A stretch of DNA of 64,000 nucleotides, from assembly GCA_000091205.1 (NCBI GenBank), contig AP006501.2. One strand, written 5' to 3'. Made by a program: the position numbers and the translations under genes. The stretch is from Cyanidioschyzon merolae. Its lineage: Eukaryota. Positions 35,119-46,311 of the stretch are shown one piece after another. Numbering within the stretch: the first letter of the stretch is position 1; every line of letters begins with the position of its first letter. Below the pieces are notes generated by a model that saw only the letters and a list, made by a program, of their open reading frames with translations, searched no databases and was not told where the DNA came from.

Positions 35119-35703
35119 GAAGGGCGGATTTTTCAACTAGAAGGATATCCATCGTCTGACGAAACAAGTTCTGTAAACTTTCTGAACGAGCTTGTGAACA
35201 AATCGTTGAAGACGCCGTGGAGGTGTTTCCTCGACAATCCAGCAGCGCGCATAGCAGCGCGCGCGAGTTGCCTTGAAACAGAAAGATCGATGACTTGGAG
35301 AATATTTAATTGCTTCAATTTACACATCATGAATGGAGAAGACTATAGTCTTCTCCATATGCATTGCATCGCGATATCACATAAATGACAAAATTTTGTC
35401 CGAGAACGTCGCATATTGCCTTTTATTCCGATGACGTGACAAACTCCAACGACGAAGAGGCCAATGATCTACATCGAAAAGACGACCGAGAATTCCAAAT
35501 TTTCGTGCGAATCGGTAAATACCCTATTCCTACACATCGAACGTTGAGGATGTGCATCCAAAACAAGTTCGGAAAGAAACCTCAAGGCGGGAGCGAACCA
35601 TGGAGTTCAGGGCTCCACGTTCATCCAACAGAGATGCAGGCTGGGAAGCGGTTGCACCAGGTCGTCTGCAGAGCCTGCCCCATGCTCTCTTCAAATCGAA
35701 TGT

Positions 35704-37002
35704 TTAAATCGACTGACAGATACGCAGCAGCCGCACTCCGTTACCAGAAGCGAGACGCTCTAGCCGCCATAGAGTATGCGCATCGACTGCGTGGAAAACC
35801 TTGTGATCCTGGAAGTCCTTGAGTATTCGTTGTATTTCGTCGCTGTGAAACCGCGGTATTTCCTGGATCACTGGTTGCAAATTCGACGGAAGTTCCTGGT
35901 CCACCCATCGGGCAGCCTGACTGCCGTCAGGGTCCCGCTGCATTGCCGGTGTTGGTCGGTGCAGAACAGAGCCCACAACGCGAGACGCCCGCACACGTCC
36001 GAGGCCCCGAGCGCTGGTCTCCGCGCATAGCACCAGTCCACGTCGCATTCGAGCCCCGAAGCGCGTAAACATGTTCCATGCGTTCAGCGGACGAAGGCTA
36101 CGAAGCGCACTGGCATGCAAGAAACGTCCCTTTTTCTGCGGATGCCGAATGCTCGTGAGTGCATTCAACAAATTCCAATCATCGATTGCAAAGAGCACAG
36201 GAACCTGTCGGACACATTGAAGTTGGCGCAGAAAAAGCCGATAAGTCCGACCAAAGGCATCCAGGTTCAACTCGGCGAGCTCACCTTCCAGTCGGCGGCC
36301 AGATTGCAAGCAGGCATCCACCAGTCCCAACAGGTTGGTATGCTGATCAGTAGACGTGGCGGTCTGGCGCGCCACATCTCCGTCCCGCGCTTCATCATCG
36401 AGGTCACTCTCCCGAAGCAGTTGCTCCGTAGGAAGACAGGTAATGGATTCCAGCGTTCGGGCATGGACCTGGCGACACGCCTGCAGGCTGTCAAGCACCA
36501 GACGAGCCTGATCGAAGAAAAGAGGTTCGCGCAACAAGCTCGCACTCCGTGCACCTCGAGGTCGCGGTGTTAGAACCACGTCACAAGAGTCGCGTTCATG
36601 TAGCCAGTGGTACAGGTTTGGCAGATAGAACACCAGCCAGTCCTGCTCACGAGCTCGCTCGACAGCGTGAAATAGACTCGTGCTCTTCCCGGAACCTGGT
36701 GGGCCACGAAGCAGCACACATCGCGTACCTTGCCAGAGCGGATCAGATCGCTCTTGAACCAGCTTCCACACGTCTGCGTCTGCCTGACGCCAAAGCAGTT
36801 TCAGGGCAGTTTTCGTTTCTGTACTGTGCCGTTTGCTGGCGTCTGCGCCGTGGACCTCCGTCCAACGAGCGAGCACCCCTTTGGGCCAAGCCTCCGGAAC
36901 CAGACGGTGACTCAACACTCGAAACTCATTAACAACAGCTGGGGTATGATACAAACGACCAAGCAGCAGACACGTGCTGAACACTGGCCTGCAAGCCCGC
37001 AT
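35704..37002 (-). CDS. P-loop NTPase, probably mitochondrial ribosomal protein mS29 / DAP3-like
   Basis: ATG at 37002; 432 aa. Walker A 'LLRGPPGSGKSTSLFHAV' followed by 'FYLPNLYHW' (DAP3-like 'IPDAxxW') and C-terminal 'SGNGVRLLRIC' (compare DAP3 GNPRELxxLC). The N-terminus is presequence-like ('MRACRPVFSTCLLLGRLYHTP'). The family call is tentative. Confidence 0.45.
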   Translation of the reverse strand: MRACRPVFSTCLLLGRLYHTPAVVNEFRVLSHRLVPEAWPKGVLARWTEVHGADASKRHSTETKTALKLLWRQADADVWKLVQERSDPLWQGTRCVLLRGPPGSGKSTSLFHAVERAREQDWLVFYLPNLYHWLHERDSCDVVLTPRPRGARSASLLREPLFFDQARLVLDSLQACRQVHARTLESITCLPTEQLLRESDLDDEARDGDVARQTATSTDQHTNLLGLVDACLQSGRRLEGELAELNLDAFGRTYRLFLRQLQCVRQVPVLFAIDDWNLLNALTSIRHPQKKGRFLHASALRSLRPLNAWNMFTRFGARMRRGLVLCAETSARGLGRVRASRVVGSVLHRPTPAMQRDPDGSQAARWVDQELPSNLQPVIQEIPRFHSDEIQRILKDFQDHKVFHAVDAHTLWRLERLASGNGVRLLRICQSI

Positions 37003-37584
37003 GAACAGCTTGAAGCTTGGTGCTCAGGGAGCGTTCCCCGGAACGTATACTTGCCCAGTATTGCTGGGGCCGCCTCGCCAGTCGCCCCACGAGCACCGGG
37101 ACCCTGCGTTGCGATGTTGCGATCCCCGGGGAGCATTACTGAATGAGAGCAAACAAGGATCACCCAGCGCGAAGCTGTAAACGGTATCTAGGAAAGCCCC
37201 GGGTCGTCCGTTCATGACCTTGTCCACTTCATGGCGCGTAAAGCAGACATCCTTCAGGAGAACATGAGGCGCTGACGCGAGCCTGCCGCTGGTCGAGTCT
37301 GCCAGAGGGCCTAGCGCGCTGCTGCGAGCGTTTCACGCGGGCACCAGGGCTTTTCGATAGACTTGAGGACGTCGGCTGGAAGCAAGTCTGCCAGTGATGG
37401 ACACGAGGTGAGTGCATGAGATGTGCGAGTATGCCAACTCAAGCTGGAGCTGTTTCAGAGACAACCCAGACGACATATTTTCCATGGAATAGATGCAATA
37501 ATCTGGATGCGCATACAACATCAGCTGTTTCAGAATATGGAGGAAATGGGTCCAGCGCGCTCCCTCGGGCGTACATACGAACAT

Positions 37585-38338
37585 TTGGGTCACTTTTCAC
37601 TGTCATGAACGACACGAACTTTTGCGTGCCTCTTCTGTGACTGCTTCCTTTTCCTCGATCCCCGATCTGTGGATTTCAATACGCAGGTCTCGCTTGTCGA
37701 TCCAGCTCCGCTGTCAAAGAATTTGACGCCCAGAGTGAAGCTCCCGTCTATGCTTCGCTTGGCATTGTCGATCTCTGTGTATACAGCGTCGGTGCGACCC
37801 TCGAAGCGCTTGCTCGTCCGTATGGTCAAGTGTTCCCAGGGGTGTCCAGTGCACCTCCTCCTCCTCAGAGCGCCGTCCTGCCGAACGTGAACGCTTGCTA
37901 TGTCGCTCGGTACATGCCCCTGACTGATACGGAACGCTGCCATCGGCGCCCGCACTCCGCTCCCGAGTCCGATGCCGTACCCTACGACCACGAGCTTGTT
38001 CTGGGCAACGCTCTCGGCGAGTGCGCTACCCGATGCACACGAGCGCGCTCACTGTCCCATTCAAAAACGTGTTCGTGGGAAGCGGTGTCGCTCATGGTGC
38101 ATAAGCACCGAGCGGGAAATCCAGGATACGGAACAAGTCGAGCGATATCGATCCGTCTCTGCGCTCTTCGAATAATACCTTGTCGCGTTTTTTTGCACTG
38201 GAAGCGAATGCTGCGATGGCTCAAGCCCAAGTCCGAGACCTTTCCTATGGAGAGAAAAGAGGCAGGGAGCGTCGAAGAGCGTGTCCTCTGACAGGTATGA
38301 TGCTGCTCGGGATTGTCGATTTGTCGATTGCTACAAAG
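37585..38338. repeat. Direct repeat A2 (partner of 34366-35118)
   Basis: See A1. Identity stops at '...gctacaaag' on the 3' side and '(tt)ggtcacttttcac' on the 5' side in both copies. Confidence 0.9.
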
Positions 38339-38984
38339 CGAAGAGTCATCGACTTTTCGGAAAACATCGGTTAATTGGCCTGATAGATTCACAGATCTTT
38401 CATCATGATCACTGAGACGAGACTCCAAGGGATAGGTCGATGTTTGTCCTCGTCAATGTCGCAGCGCGAATTGTTGCTCCCGCAAGCTGCCCTGAGACAG
38501 AGGGATAAAAAACTACATGTACGCATGATTTCAGCATGCTACAAGTAATAAAAGGAGCATAAATGAGACTTGTTCATAGCAACTGACGAAACATATCTGC
38601 TACTTACATAAACCTCGTTCAAGATCAGCGCGAGTCACCGCAATGCTCGTGATGCTACGAAATCCAGCGGCAACGCGTCGAATGAGTCACGCTGAAAAGA
38701 CAACTGCGAATCCTAAATCTACGTAAACATCTGTCATTTCGATGCTGTACACATAGAAAAAAACCCGGAAAACCTTCGTACAGGAGCAGAGTAAGCATTT
38801 CCGCGTTCTATATGCATCCGTAACCAGTGTCGCACGCCCATCGCTCGTGCAAACATCGTGCCACAGTAGACCGCAGACACAGATGCTCCAGGTTGAAGAC
38901 GCTCACCTACACTACATGCAGTGCTTCATATTACCAGATCCATAAAATATTTAGGGAAGGGCTCGGATACCTCACCGCAGGTTC

Positions 38985-41900
38985 ATGAACCTGCGTAGAG
39001 CTCATAGAGAGCGCATGGCAAGGGGCATCGATCCCGTGGACGCTGGCGTCCGCTGCGGATGTCCTGCACGTGAGGCACCGGCAACGCGTTCCGTGCTGAA
39101 GCGCCAGCACAAACGTCCGTTGACGCTGAGCTGTATCATGTTCTCGGGACGGAGAGAGCGTGACCCAGCAGAACCCAGAGATCAGCTTCAAGGAGATAGC
39201 TATTATACAGAAGCCGGTAGCACGGAGCAGAACCCGCTTGTCGACCTGGACCTTGTGCGCAGTCGCCGTTTGGCGCGGTTTACCACCAAGTCGACGGCAG
39301 CGGACTCGTCGGGTGCTGTCGCTGAAACTTCTGCAACTGCTGGGCAGCACTCGAGCCGACCGGCTTGTGAGCGACCAGAGAATAAAACTGGGACTGAAGA
39401 GCGAGTCTTGCATCGGGCGGAAAGTGAAAAAGCACCGAGTGTGGAAGCGTGCCCGGCACCACAACGAAAAGCAGCCCCGGCTGTTTCTGAAAAGGAACTC
39501 GTGCACCAGAGCCTCTTGCGCATTTTGAATCTCTCGAGTGCGGAACTAGAAGAAATCTGGGCGAGAGCTGGTGTCGCTGCGTCGCAAGCGCCGACGCACC
39601 TAACCGTTGCTGAACTCGATACGGTGCTGGCGGAACGACTCCAGGATCCTCGCATCGTAGATGCGCTCTCCTACTTGATACTTTGCTACCAACGACTCCG
39701 TCAGGAGCTGGCCTCAATCCAAGCGGCTCGTTCACAGGTGTTGCGTGAGAGCCTGGGCAATGCGCTACCGCTTGTTGTGACCTATGCGCGAACATGTCTC
39801 TGGGAGCCGCACCTCTTCGTCTCAGGTCGTCGTTGGCCAGCGGAGAGCGCTCCACACGAGGCTGCCGCATTATGGCTCGTGGAGCAGTTTCAAAAACAGC
39901 AGATACCAGCAGAGGGCGATGCAGCAATCCTGCCACCAGCCATGTACGCGGACCTGGTGCACTGGTGGGCTCGCGACGCACCCGACGAACTCGAGCAACT
40001 GTTTCCAGTATTCTTTCGTGGCCTGGTGGAAAGCGCTCGTGCGGAACTGGATCAGATTTTTCTGCAGAGGTCACAGCTGTCATGTTTACGAGCTTTGGGA
40101 AGCGCGCTAGAGCCGCATGAGGCCTTGAACGCATTCGTGTCGATGGCGGATTTCGTTGCAGTGGATACCCGAAACAACGTCCGGTCGCTTCTTGGGCCAT
40201 TCCTGACACCAACAGCTCTACACTATGAGGACGATCGCGTTTCAAGGGCGCTCTTGCCGAACAACGTATCAACCGAAAGCGAGACCGCTGAGCGGGACGC
40301 GATCTCGGCTGTGCAGTGGTCTCTGGACACGCTACGCGACGGCTTGTACCGGCTCTTGATGCGACTTTTGCGCGCTGGACCGTATCCTCGTGAGCGAGTT
40401 CTCACCTGGCTGGCGAACCAGCTTAACCAGAATCGGGAAAGGATGAAACTGCAGGCCGCAACCGCAGAAACATGCACGGACGGGTACATGCTGAACCTTA
40501 CGGATGTCCTGCTGCGCCTTGCAGCGCCTTTTGCTGACCCGCGCTCCCCCAAACTGCAGTCCATTCCAATCAAATGTCTATACGATCATCATCGAATCCG
40601 CTTGGCGGAGCAGGAGACGCGCGTCGGATGCGATTATGCGGAAGCGCAGCGTCTACAAGCCGACTATTTGCAGCAGCAGCAGCAGCAGCAGGCCGGGAAT
40701 CCCTACGCATTCATTCCCGAATGTTTTTTCCTGACGACGCGTGCACTTCAGCTCACATATCTGCCATTTTTGCAGTATTATCGAGAGGAAATCTTGCATC
40801 AACTGCAGCGGCTTGAAGAGATGCGCGAGGAACTGAATCTCGCGCAACAGCAACAGCAGCAGCAACCGGTATCTTCGATGCAGCAACTGGAACAACAGCT
40901 GATGCGAAGCCAGTGTGAGCGAGCCATCGCCGGTCTCCGACGTGATCGCCAATCCTGCCTCTTCTATTTGTTCGATAGCGGCTCACTGGATCGTCTTTTG
41001 CAATTTTTAGCTGCGCTGGCGGCATACATCATGCAAATAGCAGGTTTTGCCGGACGCTTACCGCTGCCTGCTCAGGATGCGGCTTCTGTACCCCGGGAGT
41101 ACGCCTTGTTACCCGAGTCAATTTTTGAGCTGCTGGCTGAGGTGCTCCAATCGATCGTACAGCTGCGCTTGCCCGTGCCGCTGACCACGGTGGGCGCCCT
41201 CTTTCCCCAGTTTGTAGAGTTCGCTACCATGCTGCTTTCGAATACGTTCTACTTGCGGAACATACATATCCGCGCACGCTACGCTGAATGGCTCGCACAA
41301 ATGTTCCCGGCGATAGGGAACGAGCTGCGCCATGCGCTCGGAGCAGTGCATCTACCGCCCGAATTCGAGGCCGCTTTTCTCGGCAATGAACAGGTCGTTG
41401 AGAATCTGCCACCAGCTCTGATGCAGCTCTATATCGATGTGGAGCGTACTGGAACGCATACACAGTTCTTCGACAAGTTCTCGATGCGATTCTACATGAG
41501 TGAGGTACTGGTGGCCATGTGGCGGGTCCCGGCGTATGCGCGTGTGCTCCGACGCCTCGCCTCGACGCGAGAGGGACTTTTCGTACATTTCAGCAATATG
41601 CTCTTTAATGATGCCAATTTCTTGCTTGATGAGTCGTTGCAAGCCCTGGCAGAAATCCACGAACTCGAGCGGCTTCTAGAGCCGAATTCGATACAGGGTC
41701 AGGCTCTGGAGCCGCAGGCTCGCGAAGAGAAACGCAAGCGCCTGCTTCAGTTGCAGCGTCAGGCCAAGTCGTTCAACCAGCTTGCCAACAGCAGTATTCG
41801 CTTGATGGTGACGCTAACCGAGGAGGTGCGGCAGCCGTTTTTGCGACCGGAACTGCTGGATCGTCTAACGAACATGCTGAACTATTTCTTGGTGGCACTT

Positions 41901-42458
41901 TGCGGGCCGCGTTGCGAGAACCTCGTTGTTCAGGAGCGTCATCGGTACGAATGGGAACCGCGCCAGCTATTATCCCAGATCCTGCGGATTTATCTGTCGA
42001 TGCACGATCCGCTTCGGGATCGTGACGGCACCAGACGCTTCTGTTGCTCAATAGCAGCTGACGGGCGCTCGTATCGACCGGAGGTTTTCGAGCGGGCGGC
42101 GCAGATAGCTGCAACGCGGGGCCTCTTGACGCCTGCCGAGTGCCAACGATTTCACGAACTCGTCGAGTCCGTGGCGATCTGTGCTAAGGAGCTTGTTGCC
42201 GAGGATGAGGAGCTCAGCGAAGCACCCGACGAATTCCTAGATCCGATTCTGGCAACCCTGATGCAGGATCCCGTCATGTTGCCATCGAGTCGCAAAATCG
42301 TGGATCGCTCGACCATCGTGCGACATTTGTTGAGCGATCCGCACGATCCATTCAACAGACAACCGCTGAGAATAGAGGACGTGATCCCGCAACCAGCGCT
42401 CAAAGAACAGATTACGAGCTGGCTACAAGAGAGACAGGGAACGCGGCGTGTCTCGTGA
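38985..42458 (+). CDS. UFD2: Ubiquitin conjugation factor E4 (UFD2 family) with C-terminal U-box
   Basis: ATG at 38985; 1157 aa. C-terminal U-box: '[48 protein letters not shown]'. The core resembles UFD2 ('[17 protein letters not shown]', '[19 protein letters not shown]'). It contains poly-Q tracts encoded by (CAG)n. Confidence 0.85.
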   Translation: MNLRRAHRERMARGIDPVDAGVRCGCPAREAPATRSVLKRQHKRPLTLSCIMFSGRRERDPAEPRDQLQGDSYYTEAGSTEQNPLVDLDLVRSRRLARFTTKSTAADSSGAVAETSATAGQHSSRPACERPENKTGTEERVLHRAESEKAPSVEACPAPQRKAAPAVSEKELVHQSLLRILNLSSAELEEIWARAGVAASQAPTHLTVAELDTVLAERLQDPRIVDALSYLILCYQRLRQELASIQAARSQVLRESLGNALPLVVTYARTCLWEPHLFVSGRRWPAESAPHEAAALWLVEQFQKQQIPAEGDAAILPPAMYADLVHWWARDAPDELEQLFPVFFRGLVESARAELDQIFLQRSQLSCLRALGSALEPHEALNAFVSMADFVAVDTRNNVRSLLGPFLTPTALHYEDDRVSRALLPNNVSTESETAERDAISAVQWSLDTLRDGLYRLLMRLLRAGPYPRERVLTWLANQLNQNRERMKLQAATAETCTDGYMLNLTDVLLRLAAPFADPRSPKLQSIPIKCLYDHHRIRLAEQETRVGCDYAEAQRLQADYLQQQQQQQAGNPYAFIPECFFLTTRALQLTYLPFLQYYREEILHQLQRLEEMREELNLAQQQQQQQPVSSMQQLEQQLMRSQCERAIAGLRRDRQSCLFYLFDSGSLDRLLQFLAALAAYIMQIAGFAGRLPLPAQDAASVPREYALLPESIFELLAEVLQSIVQLRLPVPLTTVGALFPQFVEFATMLLSNTFYLRNIHIRARYAEWLAQMFPAIGNELRHALGAVHLPPEFEAAFLGNEQVVENLPPALMQLYIDVERTGTHTQFFDKFSMRFYMSEVLVAMWRVPAYARVLRRLASTREGLFVHFSNMLFNDANFLLDESLQALAEIHELERLLEPNSIQGQALEPQAREEKRKRLLQLQRQAKSFNQLANSSIRLMVTLTEEVRQPFLRPELLDRLTNMLNYFLVALCGPRCENLVVQERHRYEWEPRQLLSQILRIYLSMHDPLRDRDGTRRFCCSIAADGRSYRPEVFERAAQIAATRGLLTPAECQRFHELVESVAICAKELVAEDEELSEAPDEFLDPILATLMQDPVMLPSSRKIVDRSTIVRHLLSDPHDPFNRQPLRIEDVIPQPALKEQITSWLQERQGTRRVS

Positions 42459-42464
42459 GCGGGT

Positions 42465-42493
<29 letters not shown>
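42465..42493. repeat. (CTG)n microsatellite directly after the UFD2 stop
   Basis: ctgctgctgctgctgctgctgctgctgct. Confidence 0.9.
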
Positions 42494-42495
<2 letters not shown>

Positions 42496-43099
42496 TATAT
42501 CGGCGAGCGCGCGTACTGGACGAGATATCTGGTTTCGGGGAGCTCGCTGCCACTGCGATACACTAAGCTGATCCGACCTGCGTAAACTGACCGAGAAAAT
42601 GGAGCAACGGCACACCATGATCGTCGACAAATGGACCGGACAGATCGTCTCCGGTGTTGATACACGGCGCTCTCGTGAATCTGGATTCCTGACCTGGACC
42701 GCACGAGTGCGCTGTTCCAGGCGGGATTCCCATGCCCTCTCACCTGGCTACTGTTTTTTCTCATCGCAAGTCTTCGGCGTTTCCGTACAGTGCCCAAACG
42801 GAGTACGAAACGATGACCACGAAACTTTGCTCGATACAAAGCCAGTCGTCGCTCCAAAAGCACACGGCGATGCCGGGTATTGATCCAAGCGTCCAAGTCC
42901 GGATGCGGAAGGAGCTCGTGTGTATTGCTGCAGGTGGAATCTCGATATTGCAAGCATCTCACCTGTTATTGCCTCGCGGTGTGAGGTTCGCTCAGCTTAG
43001 CATACACCATGCGGTGCATCGTTTGGTTTCACGCGATGCCTCGCTTCCAGCCTCAGCGCGCAACGCTCCTCGAGATGTGTGTACGTCATCCTAAACGCA

Positions 43100-44745
43100 T
43101 CGATGGGAATCGAATACCATCGATGCCTGTTCTCGTTGCACACTCTAGGCGAAGGAGCTGGTGTGTTAACTTTTTTTGGGAACCGTGCGCCCTGCTCCGT
43201 ACGCTACTACGAGCCTCTGACTCTGGTCCTCCGTGAGGGCGCTCATCTGATTAAAAAAGTTGGCGAATGCAAGCCGTTTCCCTTTGCACAAGTTCAGTCG
43301 CTGACGAGCCCACCTGGGCTTTGTATACTCTTTCCGTAGCGCCTCGTCATGAGCAGCTTGAGTTCCCGTGGATTCCCGAAAAGCTTCAAAGGCCGCTTTG
43401 CGGCCCGTCAGTTTGTTCATCGCTTCCAGATGCTTCTTCATTCCTGAATTCCACGTCTCACTCTGTTTCCTTGCATTCATTATACCCGATTCTTGGTGAT
43501 ACCTCGCTCTTGAGAACTTTCAAAGACGCATGCCTTTCTGAAGTAAGTTGCCGTCGATACCATCTTTCGCACACTTGCGTGCAGCAATGGTTACGATCTT
43601 CGTGTTCTCGGGGCGAAGAGCAACGACAAATTCGTTCTCCTACGGGTTATACGTTCCAGGATCTGCCTCCTTTTTTTCTTCATGTTCCGCCAAGGGCGAC
43701 AACAAAGACGCATTAGGTCGATCCACCTTCAAGCGCCTGTAGTGAATGCATGTGGACACTCCATCGATATCGAACATCCCCGTGAATACCTTTTGCTTGC
43801 TGATTTTGAGACGTTTGAAATTGAAGATGTTCTTCCAGTACGTCTCCCGGTTTTCGCCGGTGAAGTCCTCCCTGCTAACATAGAACTCGGGACAGATCTG
43901 CTTCATGATTCCATGAAGGATTCTGGAGTCGATACTCACAAAATGTGACCTGATGTTGCACAACAGAACGATGTTGAAGCGCTTCCCCGTTAGGAAAGCC
44001 TTCCGTCTCTCCCACTCTTCATTTTTTCTCGACACGCCTCCTTTTCGGCCTTGCGTTCGAGTTCTCGATTCAAAAACACGAAATAGCGTAGCACGAGGTG
44101 ATAGCATCTTTCTTCATCTTTTATCATATCTGATCCCTGTTCTGTTGGGTTGACAAGCCCCGAGACCGCACGGTGCTCTTGAAAAGCCGCACGGATCACA
44201 GAAGCTTCATTCTTTCTCCTGGCTGATGCCTTCTTGTTGACGAATTCGATCTCCTGTTTATTCCTACAATTCTTCGTGATGCCGTTGATGATGGCCCATA
44301 TCGTTTTGCGAGAGAGGCCCGGGTAGAGTGCAAACACGGCGCGTATCACGAAACGTTCGATATTCACGATCATATGGTTCCTCGGGCTCGTGGGGTATCT
44401 CATCGCCCCGTATTCGGAAATACGCGAGTCACCCCTGTATCCAGTACCGTCGAAGCGGTATTTGGCGTGATTTTCGTGGAGGGCATGCACTCGCTCATTT
44501 TTCGTCGACGCGTCCCCTGTGCCAACCATCAGGTGACGAATAAAGTTCATGTTGAGAAACTCTTCCGAAACCTCGACTGTTTTGATGTCCGTCACGTCGT
44601 GATACATCCCCTGCACCAAATGCATCAGCCCTGAAGAAGCCTCACGAACACTCATGGAGTACGAATCGACATGGTTTCTGATGGATTCTCGCAACGTTTC
44701 CTTCTACGAGTCCTTGATAGGTCCAAGAGGACAGGCTTTCACAAC
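43100..44745 (-). other. AT-rich (about 45% GC) island with a fragmented, single-orientation ORF set (at least 490 aa across 3 frames); candidate unclassified mobile or foreign element
   Basis: Minus-strand ORFs 44703-43990 (234 aa), 44107-43640 (155 aa) and 43480-43166 (104 aa) are consecutive and overlapping and all point the same way. GC content is clearly lower than the flanks. The upper boundary at about 44745 coincides exactly with the truncation point of a mariner-family fragment. No family was recognised; motifs noted are '[21 protein letters not shown]' and 'WARQRLNLCKGKRLAFANFFNQM...QRLVVAYGAGRT'. Confidence 0.4.
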
Positions 44746-45000
44746 CATATCGTCGTGCTGTCGTCATTCTGGGAGCTTCTGACATTGGACCTCCCGATTT
44801 TGCCTCTTCCTTTTGTCTTGCACTTCTGCGCTTGGTACTTTTGTTCGTTTTTTCTTATGCGGCAGCTGGCGGCACCTGCCCTCCAGGATCCTTCATTTCC
44901 GTGTCCAGGACTTTCCTTTGCTATTTTTTTGAAAAAAAAACGCACATTGAACGCTTCTGTTATGAAACACGTAAAATCACTTGAATACACTAATGTGAAC
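44745..45000 (-). mobile_element. Mariner-like family fragment (end of the C-terminal module plus 3'-flank module), truncated at about 44745
   Basis: 'atcgtcgtgctgtcgtc...cttccttttgtcttgc...ccctccaggatccttcatttccgtgtcca...aacgcacattgaacgc' matches 50200-50440 of copy 3 block for block (including ccctccaggatcctcgacttgcatgtcca). Translated similarity 'ALQDP..CP.LS' is shared with copy 3. Confidence 0.5.
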
Positions 45001-46311
45001 GTTGAAAGACGATTGAATTGAAACACTATAATTTGCAATGACTTGAACGCAGATGCAACTTGTACGTCGAAGCGACAAGTCGACGAACGGTCAGGATCGC
45101 GTTACATTTCAACGGCGACATGCGTGTCGCGTCTCGTGAAGGCCTGATCTCCCAGGTGCGCATATCGAACCTACTATATAGAATAAAGAGCAGAGACTCT
45201 AGATTCACCCGCAAATATGAATAGCCATATTTCTTTCCCCTCTACGATACACGTTAAACGCGGGAAAAGTTTCTTTATTGCGGATAGTTTGCTTCATAGG
45301 CGATGGGTCCCGCGAACCGGACGAGTCTGTCGAGGATGTGCTTCATGCGACTCTGCAGTACCGAGCGCTGTAGTGAGACCCCAGCAGCTCGTCGGCAACG
45401 CAGTCTATTCTGGGACTAGGGCCAGTTAGGCTGCGTCTGTGCGTCACCCTGGTCGCGGTGGACTCCTAGTATATCGCTTCGCGCTGCCACAGGAAGTACG
45501 CCAGTCCGCGCGGGTTTCAGGCTCCTAGAATGATAATGTATACCGATTCCATGTTGAATGAACCACGCCTCGGGCCGATGCTCCCAGTTGTATGGCAAAG
45601 CCGTTGCGTCCCCGGGCAGCATCTGCTTCAGCGGTATGCAAGCGCTACAGTGGGTGCTCGAAGCAGGCACTCGGCGCACCAAAGAACATACGAAACAACC
45701 AGTATATCCGAGAGGAATTATCGGTAATGGAACTTGAAGGTATGGTGCGGAATGATGGACACAATCTCGATTACCAATGTCCGTCGTGCAATCTGGGATT
45801 CACGGACAATGGAAACCTCATCGAAAAATTCACCAGTGAGATCAACACTCGGGCGATCGTGCGCGCCATTGCCAGTGGCGGACACCGGATCGCACATGCG
45901 CAAACAGATACCCATATACTTATGGAGGATCGTAACTTGCTCAATTTCTATCCAGGTACTTATATATACATAAATATATAATATGGCACACCATTGGAAA
46001 TCGAATCGAAAGCGGGAACGGCCGCGGGATCCATGCGCCGATGCGCCAGGCGTACGGGCGCACGACCCGCAAGGACATCGATGCATGCGCATCGCGCGAC
46101 CGTGATGCCGCGTTTGCCGCTTCCCAGATGCGCCGTCTGCGGAATCTTTCCCTGCACAGATGCGCTCGTGTACGCCGATGATGCACCTCCACCGTGATCC
46201 AAAAACATGTGATATGCAACGTTTTTTTTCGTTGTTGTTCTGCGAACGATACGTTCACTCCTATTCGAAGAAAAAGTCACTTGAATCAATCGATCTGAAA
46301 GCGATTCAACA

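Noticed and set aside
34366-38338. LTR-retrotransposon interpretation of the A-B-A structure (750-bp direct repeats flanking a 2.5-kb internal region).
   Set aside because: The internal region encodes only a P-loop DAP3-like housekeeping-type protein. There are no gag, protease, RT, RNase H or integrase motifs (no YxDD, no DDE integrase), and no clear TG...CA termini on the repeats. I report it as an unexplained duplication instead.
43100-44745. Calling the AT-rich island protein a TnpB/Fanzor RNA-guided nuclease on the basis of a 'DIDG' motif, a following basic stretch, 'LVVAYGAG' and a nearby 'GIDG' in another frame.
   Set aside because: The expected catalytic glutamate is not present at the 'LVVAYGAG' position. 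No CxxC...CxxC zinc finger or RuvC-III D-x-NAA motif could be read downstream in any frame. The four-residue matches are too short to be meaningful. I keep it only as an unproven possibility, to be tested by HMM search.
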